A stretch of 64,000 nt of DNA from an uncultured delta proteobacterium (lineage in GTDB: Bacteria; Desulfobacterota; Zymogenia; Zymogenales; Zymogenaceae): assembly GCA_963735595.1 (NCBI GenBank), contig CAVTLK010000001.1, positions 611,591-675,590 of the forward strand, read 5' to 3'. The notes under the pieces are model-generated. The model did not search any database. It was given only the letters and a program-made list of their open reading frames with translations, and had not been told where the DNA came from. Positions 18,702 through 27,788 of the stretch are shown here, piece after piece; position 1 is the stretch's first letter, and every line of letters begins with the position of its first letter. The position numbers and the translations under genes were made by a program.

Positions 18702-21700
18702 TTAGCGTCGGTCTTCCCCAATCCGCTCGATCTCCTCCGCAAGCGAGTTCAGAATGAACCGGATTACTTCGTCATTGCGTTCTTTCGCGGCTGCCTCTAT
18801 CTGTCTGCCGATGATGCTGATCTTTTCTCTCCCGAAAGCCCCTCCGGTACCCTTCAGGTCGTGCCCTATTCGAGAGAGGGCCTCATAATCCCGATTGTCG
18901 GCCGCCTGCGACAACTCACCGTATCTTTCGGGAAGACTCTCATCAAACTCCTTGAATATCTCCATGAGTTCTTCACTGACTGCCGGCTCGTCCTGTCGGC
19001 TATCGGGTGAAACGGCAGCCGGTATTCCCTGCACTACGTGAACGGTGATTTCACGGATTAGATCCTCTTTTTTCACCGGCTTGGTAAGATACCCGTCGAA
19101 TCCGGCGGTAAGGATTTTTTCTTTCTCTCCCTTCATCGCATGGGCGGTAAGGGCAATAATGGGAATGTGGCTCACACGTTTATCTGATTTGATCAGGCGT
19201 GTCGCCTCATAGCCGTCCATAACCGGCATCTGGATATCCATAAGAATGAGGTCAAACGATCCCGGTTCGACCATCTGCACAGCCTCGCGCCCGTTTGTCG
19301 CGGTCTTTATCTCATAATTTTCCTTGAGAAGTATCCTCAATATCAGTTTACGGTTTAATTCGTTATCCTCGACCAGGAGTATGACCGCCTTCCGCCCCAG
19401 TCCCGAGTGTATATATTTCCTGTGCGGTACGGCCGGCATCTTGAATTTGTTAATGATCTGCTCGATCTGGGACAGAACCATTCGCGAGCTAAGCTGGCTT
19501 TCATCCAGTAGTGAGTGCGTGATCCCTTCCAACTTCGCTGTGTCCTGTTCGGTTATCGGCTTTCCCGTGATGAAGACTACCGGGACATCGCGTATCGCAG
19601 ATTCATGCTTGAGCAACAGGAGAAAATCGAAGCCGGTCGTCTTCTCCAGGAATACATCAAGGATAATGAGGTCCACTTCGTTACCGTCTTTCAGGTACGC
19701 GAGAGCGTCCGCCGGATCAGAAAAGGGGACGGAGACAAAGCCCTCTTCGCGTAACATCTCGGCCAAGAAATCGAGAACGGGCTGATCATCATCGATGATG
19801 AGAATCCTTATTCTTTTTTCCACGCCTACGAACCTTCCGAGCGTTACTATCTTATTGATCAACGCTTCACCGACAATCGGCTTCTGGACGTAATCGATGG
19901 CTCCGAGAGATATTGCTTTCTCCTTCTCCGATAATACGGAAATGACTACCACCGGTATATCGGCGGTCTTTTCGTTCTGCTTCAGTCGCTGAAGCACTTC
20001 CCATCCGGAAATACCGGGCAGCATAATATCCAGAATAATGAGGGACGGGTTATGCTTAATAACAAGAGGCAGGACCTCTTTGCCGTTGGATGTGGTAAAC
20101 ACGGAAAAACCATTATTCTCGAACAGATGCCGATAGAGCTTTAAGGTAAGAGGATCATCCTCTACAATAATAATTGTATTTGCGGGCTCCCGACCGGTCT
20201 CGGGATACCTCGGTTTGGGAAGCTGCACCGGTATTTGGAACGTAAAGACGCTGCCCTTCCCCTCCTCGGAAGATACATCGATCTCTCCCCCGAGCAACTC
20301 TACCAGCCTTTTCGCGATAAAGAGCCCCAGGCCGGTCCCGCCGTATTTGCGTGTCGTGAGCGCGTCGGCCTGTGTAAAGGGATCGAAGATGAGGTCAATC
20401 TTTTCACCGGGTATCCCGCAACCGGTATCCCTGACTGAAACGAAAATCCGTGTAGTTTCCTCATCAATCGTATCCGCGCGAACCGATATAAAAACGCCTC
20501 CCTCTTCGGTAAATTTCACGGCGTTTGAGACCAGGTTAACGAGAATCTGCCTGAGCTTGTCGGAATCACTGATGATCTTGGTCGGTGTATCCTGGTCAAT
20601 TGTGAGATCCAGTTCTATTCCCTTTTCCCGGGCCTTCAGTCGTGTTATGGACACAACGCTGTTAAGAAGCTCAAAGAGGAAAAATTCCTCACTATTGATA
20701 CTGGTTGCGCCGGATTCGATCTTGGACAGGTCCAAGATCTCGTTTATGAGATTAAGCAGCGTCTGCCCGCTTTCGTAGATCGCCTTGACGGATTCCCTCT
20801 CCTCTTCGGACAGGTCTTCTTCCATCAGAAGCTCCGAAAAGCCGAGAATGGCATTCATCGGCGTCCTGATTTCGTGCGACATATTAGCGAGAAACTGGCT
20901 TTTGGCCATACTGGCTTGTTCGGCACTGACCTTGGCTTCTTCTAGTTCGTTCAACAGTTTCCTTTTTTCCGATACGTCCCGTATGATACCCTGATACCCG
21001 ACGATGTTGCCCGAATCATCTTTCCTCACTACCGCCGTCTCAAGACACTCAACGGGAGTCCCGTTCCTTTTCTTGTACAGTACTTCGAAATCTCGTACAT
21101 ATTCCTTGCTCTGTATCTCTTTTTCGAACGCCGCCCTATCGCCGCTAACGGCGTACAGATTGCGCGCATCGAGGGACATTAGTTCATTCTCCGAGTAGCC
21201 GAATAACGCAATCCCCGCAGGATTAATATCGGTTATCTTTCCATCAACGTCCGATATATAGATAGCGTCTCTGGAAGTCATGAATATTCCCAGCCACTTA
21301 ACCTCCGAGCTCCTTAATTCTATCGTCCTGTCAAAAAGGAGTTTATTTAACTCCTCCAGCTTCGTTTCCGCCTCCTTCCTTTTCGAGATATCAATGCCGA
21401 CACCGGTCAGGAAGTGGTCGCCGCCAACCTGCACATCCGCGACCGACAGTAAGAACGGGATCTTTCCGCCGCCTCGTGATATGAGATTTGTCTCCACTGT
21501 AGACTGCGCATCTGTTGAAACCTCGTTAATCCGTTTTGCTATCTCATCGCGTTTCTCCGTGTCAAAATAGTCAAAGAAACTCATCTTCGATATTTCCGTG
21601 TTGGAGTATCCCGATATTATTTCGAGGTTATTATTCCATCGGAGAACATTCAGCTGGTCGTCTAACAGGTAGAAGATGACGGGCAAGCTGTTGACGATCG

Positions 21701-22496
21701 ACTCAAAAAAATCTTTTTCTTTCCGTAGTTCATGTTCGGCTTTCTTTCTGAGCGAGATATCCCGGGCAATTCCCAGTACGAGGTTTTCACCACGAATCGC
21801 TACCGGGTACGTGCGTACCTCCACATATATCTCGCTTCCGTCCCTTCGTATCACTGCCAGCTCGTCCGGGCCTGTGGGAAGACCCTGGATATTTTTTGCG
21901 AGGATCTCGGCCCCTTTCTCGGCCTGATCCTCACCAAATACATTAAGCTGCCGAAAAGTCCTCCCGATGAAGTCCGCCTTGCTACCGCCGATCATGGCCT
22001 GCGCCGCCTTATTTGCGTCGACTATCCTGCCTTTGAGATCACTGAGGTAGTACGCATCCGGCGCGTCTTCAAAGAGCACTCTCAGTCTCTCTTCGGAATC
22101 CCTTATCTCCCGGTCTCTCGCCTTATGCTCGGATATATCCCGACAGATCCCGATCGAGTACCTGAACTCATCTTTCTGAACTATTGATACGGATAGTTCG
22201 ACATCAAATTCCGAACCGTCTTTCCTCTTTGCCTCCAGCTGCACCGTCTTGCCTATGACCGAACCGCTCCCGGTTTTGCTGAAGATATCCAGGCCCTTCT
22301 TCTTGTCCTTTTTATATCGGTCCGGGACAATAAAACCAATAAGCGGCCTATCGATGACATCCTCGTATGAATACCCGAACATCGATTCTGCGGCCGAATT
22401 CCACAAAATAACGTTAAAGGATTCGTCGATGACCACGATCGCGTCAACCGAGTTGTCAACTATTTCTTGATATGGTAGGTTGTGTTTCATTTTCAC
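18702..22496 (-). CDS. Hybrid sensor kinase: 4 PAS + HisKA + HATPase_c + 3 REC + Hpt
   Basis: FLANMSHEIRTPMNAI, GGTGLGL, three REC domains, C-terminal IGHDLKGTGG Hpt. Confidence 0.93.
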   Translation of the reverse strand: MKMKHNLPYQEIVDNSVDAIVVIDESFNVILWNSAAESMFGYSYEDVIDRPLIGFIVPDRYKKDKKKGLDIFSKTGSGSVIGKTVQLEAKRKDGSEFDVELSVSIVQKDEFRYSIGICRDISEHKARDREIRDSEERLRVLFEDAPDAYYLSDLKGRIVDANKAAQAMIGGSKADFIGRTFRQLNVFGEDQAEKGAEILAKNIQGLPTGPDELAVIRRDGSEIYVEVRTYPVAIRGENLVLGIARDISLRKKAEHELRKEKDFFESIVNSLPVIFYLLDDQLNVLRWNNNLEIISGYSNTEISKMSFFDYFDTEKRDEIAKRINEVSTDAQSTVETNLISRGGGKIPFLLSVADVQVGGDHFLTGVGIDISKRKEAETKLEELNKLLFDRTIELRSSEVKWLGIFMTSRDAIYISDVDGKITDINPAGIALFGYSENELMSLDARNLYAVSGDRAAFEKEIQSKEYVRDFEVLYKKRNGTPVECLETAVVRKDDSGNIVGYQGIIRDVSEKRKLLNELEEAKVSAEQASMAKSQFLANMSHEIRTPMNAILGFSELLMEEDLSEEERESVKAIYESGQTLLNLINEILDLSKIESGATSINSEEFFLFELLNSVVSITRLKAREKGIELDLTIDQDTPTKIISDSDKLRQILVNLVSNAVKFTEEGGVFISVRADTIDEETTRIFVSVRDTGCGIPGEKIDLIFDPFTQADALTTRKYGGTGLGLFIAKRLVELLGGEIDVSSEEGKGSVFTFQIPVQLPKPRYPETGREPANTIIIVEDDPLTLKLYRHLFENNGFSVFTTSNGKEVLPLVIKHNPSLIILDIMLPGISGWEVLQRLKQNEKTADIPVVVISVLSEKEKAISLGAIDYVQKPIVGEALINKIVTLGRFVGVEKRIRILIIDDDQPVLDFLAEMLREEGFVSVPFSDPADALAYLKDGNEVDLIILDVFLEKTTGFDFLLLLKHESAIRDVPVVFITGKPITEQDTAKLEGITHSLLDESQLSSRMVLSQIEQIINKFKMPAVPHRKYIHSGLGRKAVILLVEDNELNRKLILRILLKENYEIKTATNGREAVQMVEPGSFDLILMDIQMPVMDGYEATRLIKSDKRVSHIPIIALTAHAMKGEKEKILTAGFDGYLTKPVKKEDLIREITVHVVQGIPAAVSPDSRQDEPAVSEELMEIFKEFDESLPERYGELSQAADNRDYEALSRIGHDLKGTGGAFGREKISIIGRQIEAAAKERNDEVIRFILNSLAEEIERIGEDRR

Positions 22497-24037
22497 GTCT
22501 TCTGATCAAACAGTAGTTTCAATTCCATGGCCTGCCGGACTATTTTGTTCAGTGCGCTGAAGTCAATCGGCTTTTCAATTAAACGGTGGGCTCCCAGTCT
22601 GAGGGCCGCCACGGCCGCATCTTTATCGGCATGGCCCGTTATTATGATAACCTGGGAATGGGGGGACAATATCTTAACGTATCCGAGGACTTCAATGCCG
22701 TTTCGTTTTGGCATGACGATATCGGTAATCACCACGTCGTGCTTTTTCTCCGTAAACAGCGTTATTGCTTCCTGGCCGTCTTTGGCCAAATCAATGTGCG
22801 TAAATCCTTCGGTGCGCATAAACCCTTCCCCAAGCCTGCGTATCTCCGGCTCATCATCCACAAAAAGGATCTGCGCGTTCAGAATATCGGACTCGTCCTT
22901 GAACGAAACCGACCCTTTCCTGATGAGCTGACTGAGCAGCTCCTCTCGTACCGAGGCAAGCTGTTCCTTTTCGAGAAAGGCTTGCCGTTTGCCGTAGATG
23001 TTCTCGATATTAAATGCTATTTCTTCAATGAACTGCGTAAGTAGCTGGCCCTTGTCACCCCTTCCCGGTAGTTCCATTTTCGGCTTCGGGATGAAATACG
23101 ATGCCCCGAGGAAACTCGTCTCTATCTTCAGCTCCGCATCGTCCGAACCCGTCGTGATGACCACCGGTATCGATGGGAAGTTGCGGCTGATATACTTGAG
23201 AAGATCCATCCCCCCATAGACGTCCTTGTCGTCGTAGAGACCCGCCATCACCAAATCCAGAATTATGACCGGAGATACCCGTTCCATGTCGATCTGCTGA
23301 ATTCTCTTCAGTGCGTCCTTTACGTTGTCGTACGCTTCCACATCGAAGCCGAAAGCGGTTAGCCCGTCGGTTATTATCCGTCGGATAAGCAGCTCATCTT
23401 CGACAACAATAACTATCTCACGGGGTTTAAACGTTGTGAGGCTCTTTGCTACTTTCGATAACGTTTCGCTGATATCCTGCTCATATCCTCCCGGGGGTTT
23501 TGAACTTAGGCCGGTAAAGGCATTTTCCAGCTCATCGTCAAGCTCATCGATGGAGTCGTCGACCTTATTGAGGAAGTCATCGATATCTACCATCGGCACG
23601 GCCGCATCATCCGCCGTGTCACCTGCCTTGAAACGATATATGCCTTCCCAAAAGAGCATCCCAAACAAAGCCTCTTCGCTTAGACCCCTTAGGATATCAG
23701 ACAATGTATCTGTCGATAAACAACCCTCATCAATGAGCAGCTTCTCCAATCGGTAATGGGGATTGTTTTTCTGTTTCTCCTCCACTATCCGTAATTCATT
23801 TTCCGTGATTATTCCCCGCTTCAGGATCTCCTCGCTCACCTTTTTCTTCAGCAATGGGGTCGTCGCGGAGACAATATCGCCCCTGTTGATCGTAATGGTC
23901 CCGAAACCTTCTCTCGCCTTTATAAGGAGCTTGCCCGTCTGCCTGTCTTGTTTGACGGCCCTCAGCAGCGATTGAAGGGTCCCCGCTTTCAGTTTCCCCG
24001 ACGTTATCTCCTCGGATTGCTTAACCCTTTTTTCCAC
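22493..24037 (-). CDS. DUF4388 (PatA-N-like) + 2 REC response regulator
   Basis: LQSLLRAV...QTGKLLI...GTITINRGDIVSA...ALFGMLFWEGIYRF, followed by two REC domains (ILDLVM, ITDIVMP). Confidence 0.8.
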   Translation of the reverse strand: MEKRVKQSEEITSGKLKAGTLQSLLRAVKQDRQTGKLLIKAREGFGTITINRGDIVSATTPLLKKKVSEEILKRGIITENELRIVEEKQKNNPHYRLEKLLIDEGCLSTDTLSDILRGLSEEALFGMLFWEGIYRFKAGDTADDAAVPMVDIDDFLNKVDDSIDELDDELENAFTGLSSKPPGGYEQDISETLSKVAKSLTTFKPREIVIVVEDELLIRRIITDGLTAFGFDVEAYDNVKDALKRIQQIDMERVSPVIILDLVMAGLYDDKDVYGGMDLLKYISRNFPSIPVVITTGSDDAELKIETSFLGASYFIPKPKMELPGRGDKGQLLTQFIEEIAFNIENIYGKRQAFLEKEQLASVREELLSQLIRKGSVSFKDESDILNAQILFVDDEPEIRRLGEGFMRTEGFTHIDLAKDGQEAITLFTEKKHDVVITDIVMPKRNGIEVLGYVKILSPHSQVIIITGHADKDAAVAALRLGAHRLIEKPIDFSALNKIVRQAMELKLLFDQKT

Positions 24038-24091
24038 GACTTAATCCCGTATCCTTTCGTTGCGGCGCTCTATCTATCGCCCCTCGGAATC

Positions 24092-24901
24092 CTACTCCGT
24101 TTCTCCCCTGTATTTTATCAGCATCCGCTTTTCCACCGCCCGCTTGGCGATCCGCGCAAGGCCAAACAGGTCAAACGGCTTTTCAATATAGTCGTAAGCC
24201 CCGAGCCGCACCGCGGTTATGGCCGAGCTCTTGTCCGCGTTGCCCGTAGCTATTATCACCTGGGATTCGGGGGATATCGCCTTCACGTGTCTGAGTACCT
24301 CAATTCCGTTGGCTTTCGGCATTACGATATCGACAATCACAAGATCGTGCCTGACCTCATTGAATTTCGCTATCGCTTCCTGCCCGTCGCGCGCCGTATC
24401 CAGAGAAGTAAACCCCTCTCCGCCCAGGCATTCAGTGACTATTTTAACGATTTCGTCCTCGTCGTCGGCAATCAGGATACGCGCCCCTTTCATCTTCTCC
24501 ATGTCAAGCCCGTGTGGATTGTCGTAGATGAACTCGATGGGGCCTTTTACCAGTTCATAGGCCTTATTAATCTCTTCGAGCTGTTCTATCGTGATCGGCT
24601 TGGTAACGCTGGCATATACGCCCTTCTTCAATGTTGATTCCGACAACCGCTGCACCGCGTTTCCGGAAAGGATTACCGCCGATATCGTTGGGTCTATGTC
24701 CCGCATTTTTTTCAGCGTTTCGTATCCGTCTATTCCCGGCATGACAACGTCGACATAGGCAAGGTCAACCCCATGATCTCTGACATAATCAATCGCGTCA
24801 TATCCGTTTGCGACGGCTACCACGGTCTGACCCGAGAGTTCAAGGGCCTCTTTAAGGTACTCCCTGATTGCGGGATCATCATCCACGACTAGAATCTTCA
24901 T
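24092..24901 (-). CDS. Tandem REC-REC response regulator
   Basis: MKILVVDDD...VDVVMPG and ILIADDE...VDIVMPK...IEKPF; no output domain. Confidence 0.9.
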   Translation of the reverse strand: MKILVVDDDPAIREYLKEALELSGQTVVAVANGYDAIDYVRDHGVDLAYVDVVMPGIDGYETLKKMRDIDPTISAVILSGNAVQRLSESTLKKGVYASVTKPITIEQLEEINKAYELVKGPIEFIYDNPHGLDMEKMKGARILIADDEDEIVKIVTECLGGEGFTSLDTARDGQEAIAKFNEVRHDLVIVDIVMPKANGIEVLRHVKAISPESQVIIATGNADKSSAITAVRLGAYDYIEKPFDLFGLARIAKRAVEKRMLIKYRGETE

Positions 24902-25128
24902 CGATTACCCCTCCGTATTACCCGTTTTCACATACAACTAATCCTCGATCATGCTCCGTATCTTTTCCAACGAGGTTAGGCCAGCGCATACAATAAACCG
25001 GCGTCCCCATATCTACGTCATGTCAACGGCACGACGCGACAGGCCGTAAGGCCGGGGAGATCGGACGGACAGAAGCCGTTGCGTTTTCTATTTCGGTAAC
25101 AGGCCCGCCGAGAAAACGCATGCGTCGC

Positions 25129-27648
25129 TCATCCGATGATTTCATCGACTGTCTTTAATAATACACCGATCTCAAACGGTTTTTCAATAAATCTGTTGCC
25201 GGCGAGAGTCAGGGTATTTTGCAGTTCTGTGTCAAGAGCACCGCCCGTGACATAAAGCACTTTCCCCACCAAGTTCGGACAGTGAGTCTCAATATAATAA
25301 TAGAATCCCTCTCCGATGGTCGCTCCCGTTTTCGGATCGGAAATGACCAGATCGTATCGATTCTTCTCCAATTCCCCGATGGCCCTCTCGCAGCCGTCGC
25401 AGCGATCAACGTGATATCCCTCGTTCGAAAGTGCTTCTGAGATCATTGGCGCCAACCCGTCATCACCATCTACCAGCAGTATCGATTTAGCGCGTCGTAA
25501 TGCATCCTCTTGCACGGGATGCCCGCCATCGTGTAACTCCCTTCTTTCTGCTCTTTCCTCCGGCGCACGTATCGGCAGCATAATCGTAAACGTTGTTCCA
25601 TTGCCCGGTTGGCTGTCTGCAGAAATCGTTCCGTTGTGCTCATTGATGATGCCGTAGGCCATGCTCAACCCGAGGCCGGTTCCTTCGCCGACCTCCTTTG
25701 TGGTGAAGAAGGGATCGAATATTCTCTTGAGGCGTTCTTCGCTGATACCCGGGCCGTTATCCTCGAATTCGATGACGATCTTACCCTCCTTCCGAGATGT
25801 TCTGACGGCGAGAGTGCCGCCCCCGTTTTCCACCATGGCGTCGCGCGCGTTGTTGATGACGTTGATAAACACCTGCCGAAGCTGGAACGGATCACAGAGG
25901 GTCTTGGGGAGGCCGTCGTCCAGCAACAGCCGCACGCCTATATTATTGGCCCCCATTTCGTATTCCCCGGACTTAACGGACTCCGCAATAATCTCGTTGA
26001 TATCGGTCGGCCTTCGCTCCGGCTTACGCTCCCGCGCAAAAGCGAGCAATCCGCTGACTATGCGGGCCGACCTTTGCGACTCCCTGAAAACAACATTCAG
26101 TTTCTCCCGTACCTCGTCCGGGATATCCTTTCTCATGAGCAGCTGGACGTTTCCGATGATCGACGTCAACGGGTTGTTTAATTCATGGGCGACGCCAGAG
26201 ATCATCGTACCGATACTCGACAGCTTCTCGGTCTGCAGGAGCCGCCGCTCCAGCACTCGTCGTTCCGTGACGTCCCTGACGCTCCCCTGAAAACCGACGA
26301 TATTACCGTCTTTATCCTTTCTGGTGACGACGGTTACCTCGCCGTCGATTATTGTGCCGTCTTTCTTCCGTAATTTCAATTCATGGCCTTCCACGTATCC
26401 CTTCTGCGCTACTATATCCCTGAATCTTTCTCGTTCGCCGGGTTGCGCATAAAAATCGCTGATATTCATGGTCCGGATCTCGTCGAGTGAGTATCCGAAA
26501 AAGTCCCTGACGGCCTCGTTGTTATCGAGGATCTTTCCGTCAAGCGTGCTTATGAAGGTGAAGTCCCGCGAGGTCTCGAACACGCCCCTGAATTTCCCTT
26601 CGGATTCCGTTAACGCATCTTCGGCCCGTTTTCTCTCGGTGACGTCCTCAAAGATGGTGGCAAATTGCCCCGGCTCGGGGCGGAAGGCCGAGATCTTAAA
26701 ATGCTTATCCAATAGAGGAAAATAGGTATCGAACGAGGCCGGCTGCCCGGTCGCCGATACTTCCGCATAAATATCCAGGTACGGCGCCGCATCCGCACCA
26801 TAGAGGGTGGAGGCCGTTTCTCCGATAACATTCTCCCGTTTCAACCCGAGGATGGTCTCGTAGGCCGGGTTCACGTCCAATACTCGGTAGTCGATCGGCC
26901 GGCTGTCCGCGTCGTAGATGATCTCGTGGAGCGCCATCCCTTCCCGCATGGAATTGTACAGTGATGCGTAATTGTGTTCCTGCGTCTGAACGTCATGGGC
27001 CAGACGCTGGGTAACCATCAGTATCAGGGCAAACGTCAGGGCGATACTGAGCATTTGGAAAACGAGAATGTACATGACCTGAAGCGTCGGAAGCTCGAAA
27101 AAAGACGTGGCGCTCGGAATCGGCTTCAGCAGCAGGACAACGGCTCTTGTCAGCGCGACAAACGAGTAAAGGAAAAAGACGAGACCGACCCCCAGCGTGA
27201 CGCGACGAAGCGAGAGATCCACGCGTCTCACCATGAGCCATGCGCATTGCAGCGTCAGGATAACCAGAGCGCCATTGATGATTATTGTCCTGATTTCTAT
27301 GTCGGGCAATCCGAGCGTGAAATAGGACATCAGACCGATAAAGACGACGACGAGGATATAGTTATGAGTCTGCGGCCGCTGTTTCTGGACGAAACGCTCT
27401 AATCCGATATATATGAATACAATGCCGATAATGATCATCGAGTTTGCTATGACGATCGAGATATAATCGGGGATAACGTTGCGGAGCGAAAGCAGAATGA
27501 ACCCGGCCATCTGCAGGATAAAGTCCATCAGCCAGAACGAAAGGCCCTCGTATCGTTTCCGGTTCCGATACCACAGCAGTGCAATGAACAGGGTAACCAG
27601 CGCATTGCTGATAACACTGCTCAACAGGACCGTTTTCATGTCAAGCAT
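25129..27648 (-). CDS. Membrane hybrid sensor kinase: about 7 TM + 2 PAS + HisKA + HATPase_c + REC
   Basis: Hydrophobic N-terminus, SGVAHELNNPL, DPFFTTKEVGEGTGLGL, C-terminal REC. Confidence 0.92.
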   Translation of the reverse strand: MLDMKTVLLSSVISNALVTLFIALLWYRNRKRYEGLSFWLMDFILQMAGFILLSLRNVIPDYISIVIANSMIIIGIVFIYIGLERFVQKQRPQTHNYILVVVFIGLMSYFTLGLPDIEIRTIIINGALVILTLQCAWLMVRRVDLSLRRVTLGVGLVFFLYSFVALTRAVVLLLKPIPSATSFFELPTLQVMYILVFQMLSIALTFALILMVTQRLAHDVQTQEHNYASLYNSMREGMALHEIIYDADSRPIDYRVLDVNPAYETILGLKRENVIGETASTLYGADAAPYLDIYAEVSATGQPASFDTYFPLLDKHFKISAFRPEPGQFATIFEDVTERKRAEDALTESEGKFRGVFETSRDFTFISTLDGKILDNNEAVRDFFGYSLDEIRTMNISDFYAQPGERERFRDIVAQKGYVEGHELKLRKKDGTIIDGEVTVVTRKDKDGNIVGFQGSVRDVTERRVLERRLLQTEKLSSIGTMISGVAHELNNPLTSIIGNVQLLMRKDIPDEVREKLNVVFRESQRSARIVSGLLAFARERKPERRPTDINEIIAESVKSGEYEMGANNIGVRLLLDDGLPKTLCDPFQLRQVFINVINNARDAMVENGGGTLAVRTSRKEGKIVIEFEDNGPGISEERLKRIFDPFFTTKEVGEGTGLGLSMAYGIINEHNGTISADSQPGNGTTFTIMLPIRAPEERAERRELHDGGHPVQEDALRRAKSILLVDGDDGLAPMISEALSNEGYHVDRCDGCERAIGELEKNRYDLVISDPKTGATIGEGFYYYIETHCPNLVGKVLYVTGGALDTELQNTLTLAGNRFIEKPFEIGVLLKTVDEIIG

Positions 27649-27788
27649 GGCACGTTCCCTGAATTAAACGAATTAAATATCGTGTTCCATACGCGTTCTA
27701 CGGCCCGCCGTCTCCTGCCGAAGGCCCTCGTAGCACCCCCGGTCTGCTATGGATGAAGACGACCGTATTATTTCGGTTTTTTCACATA

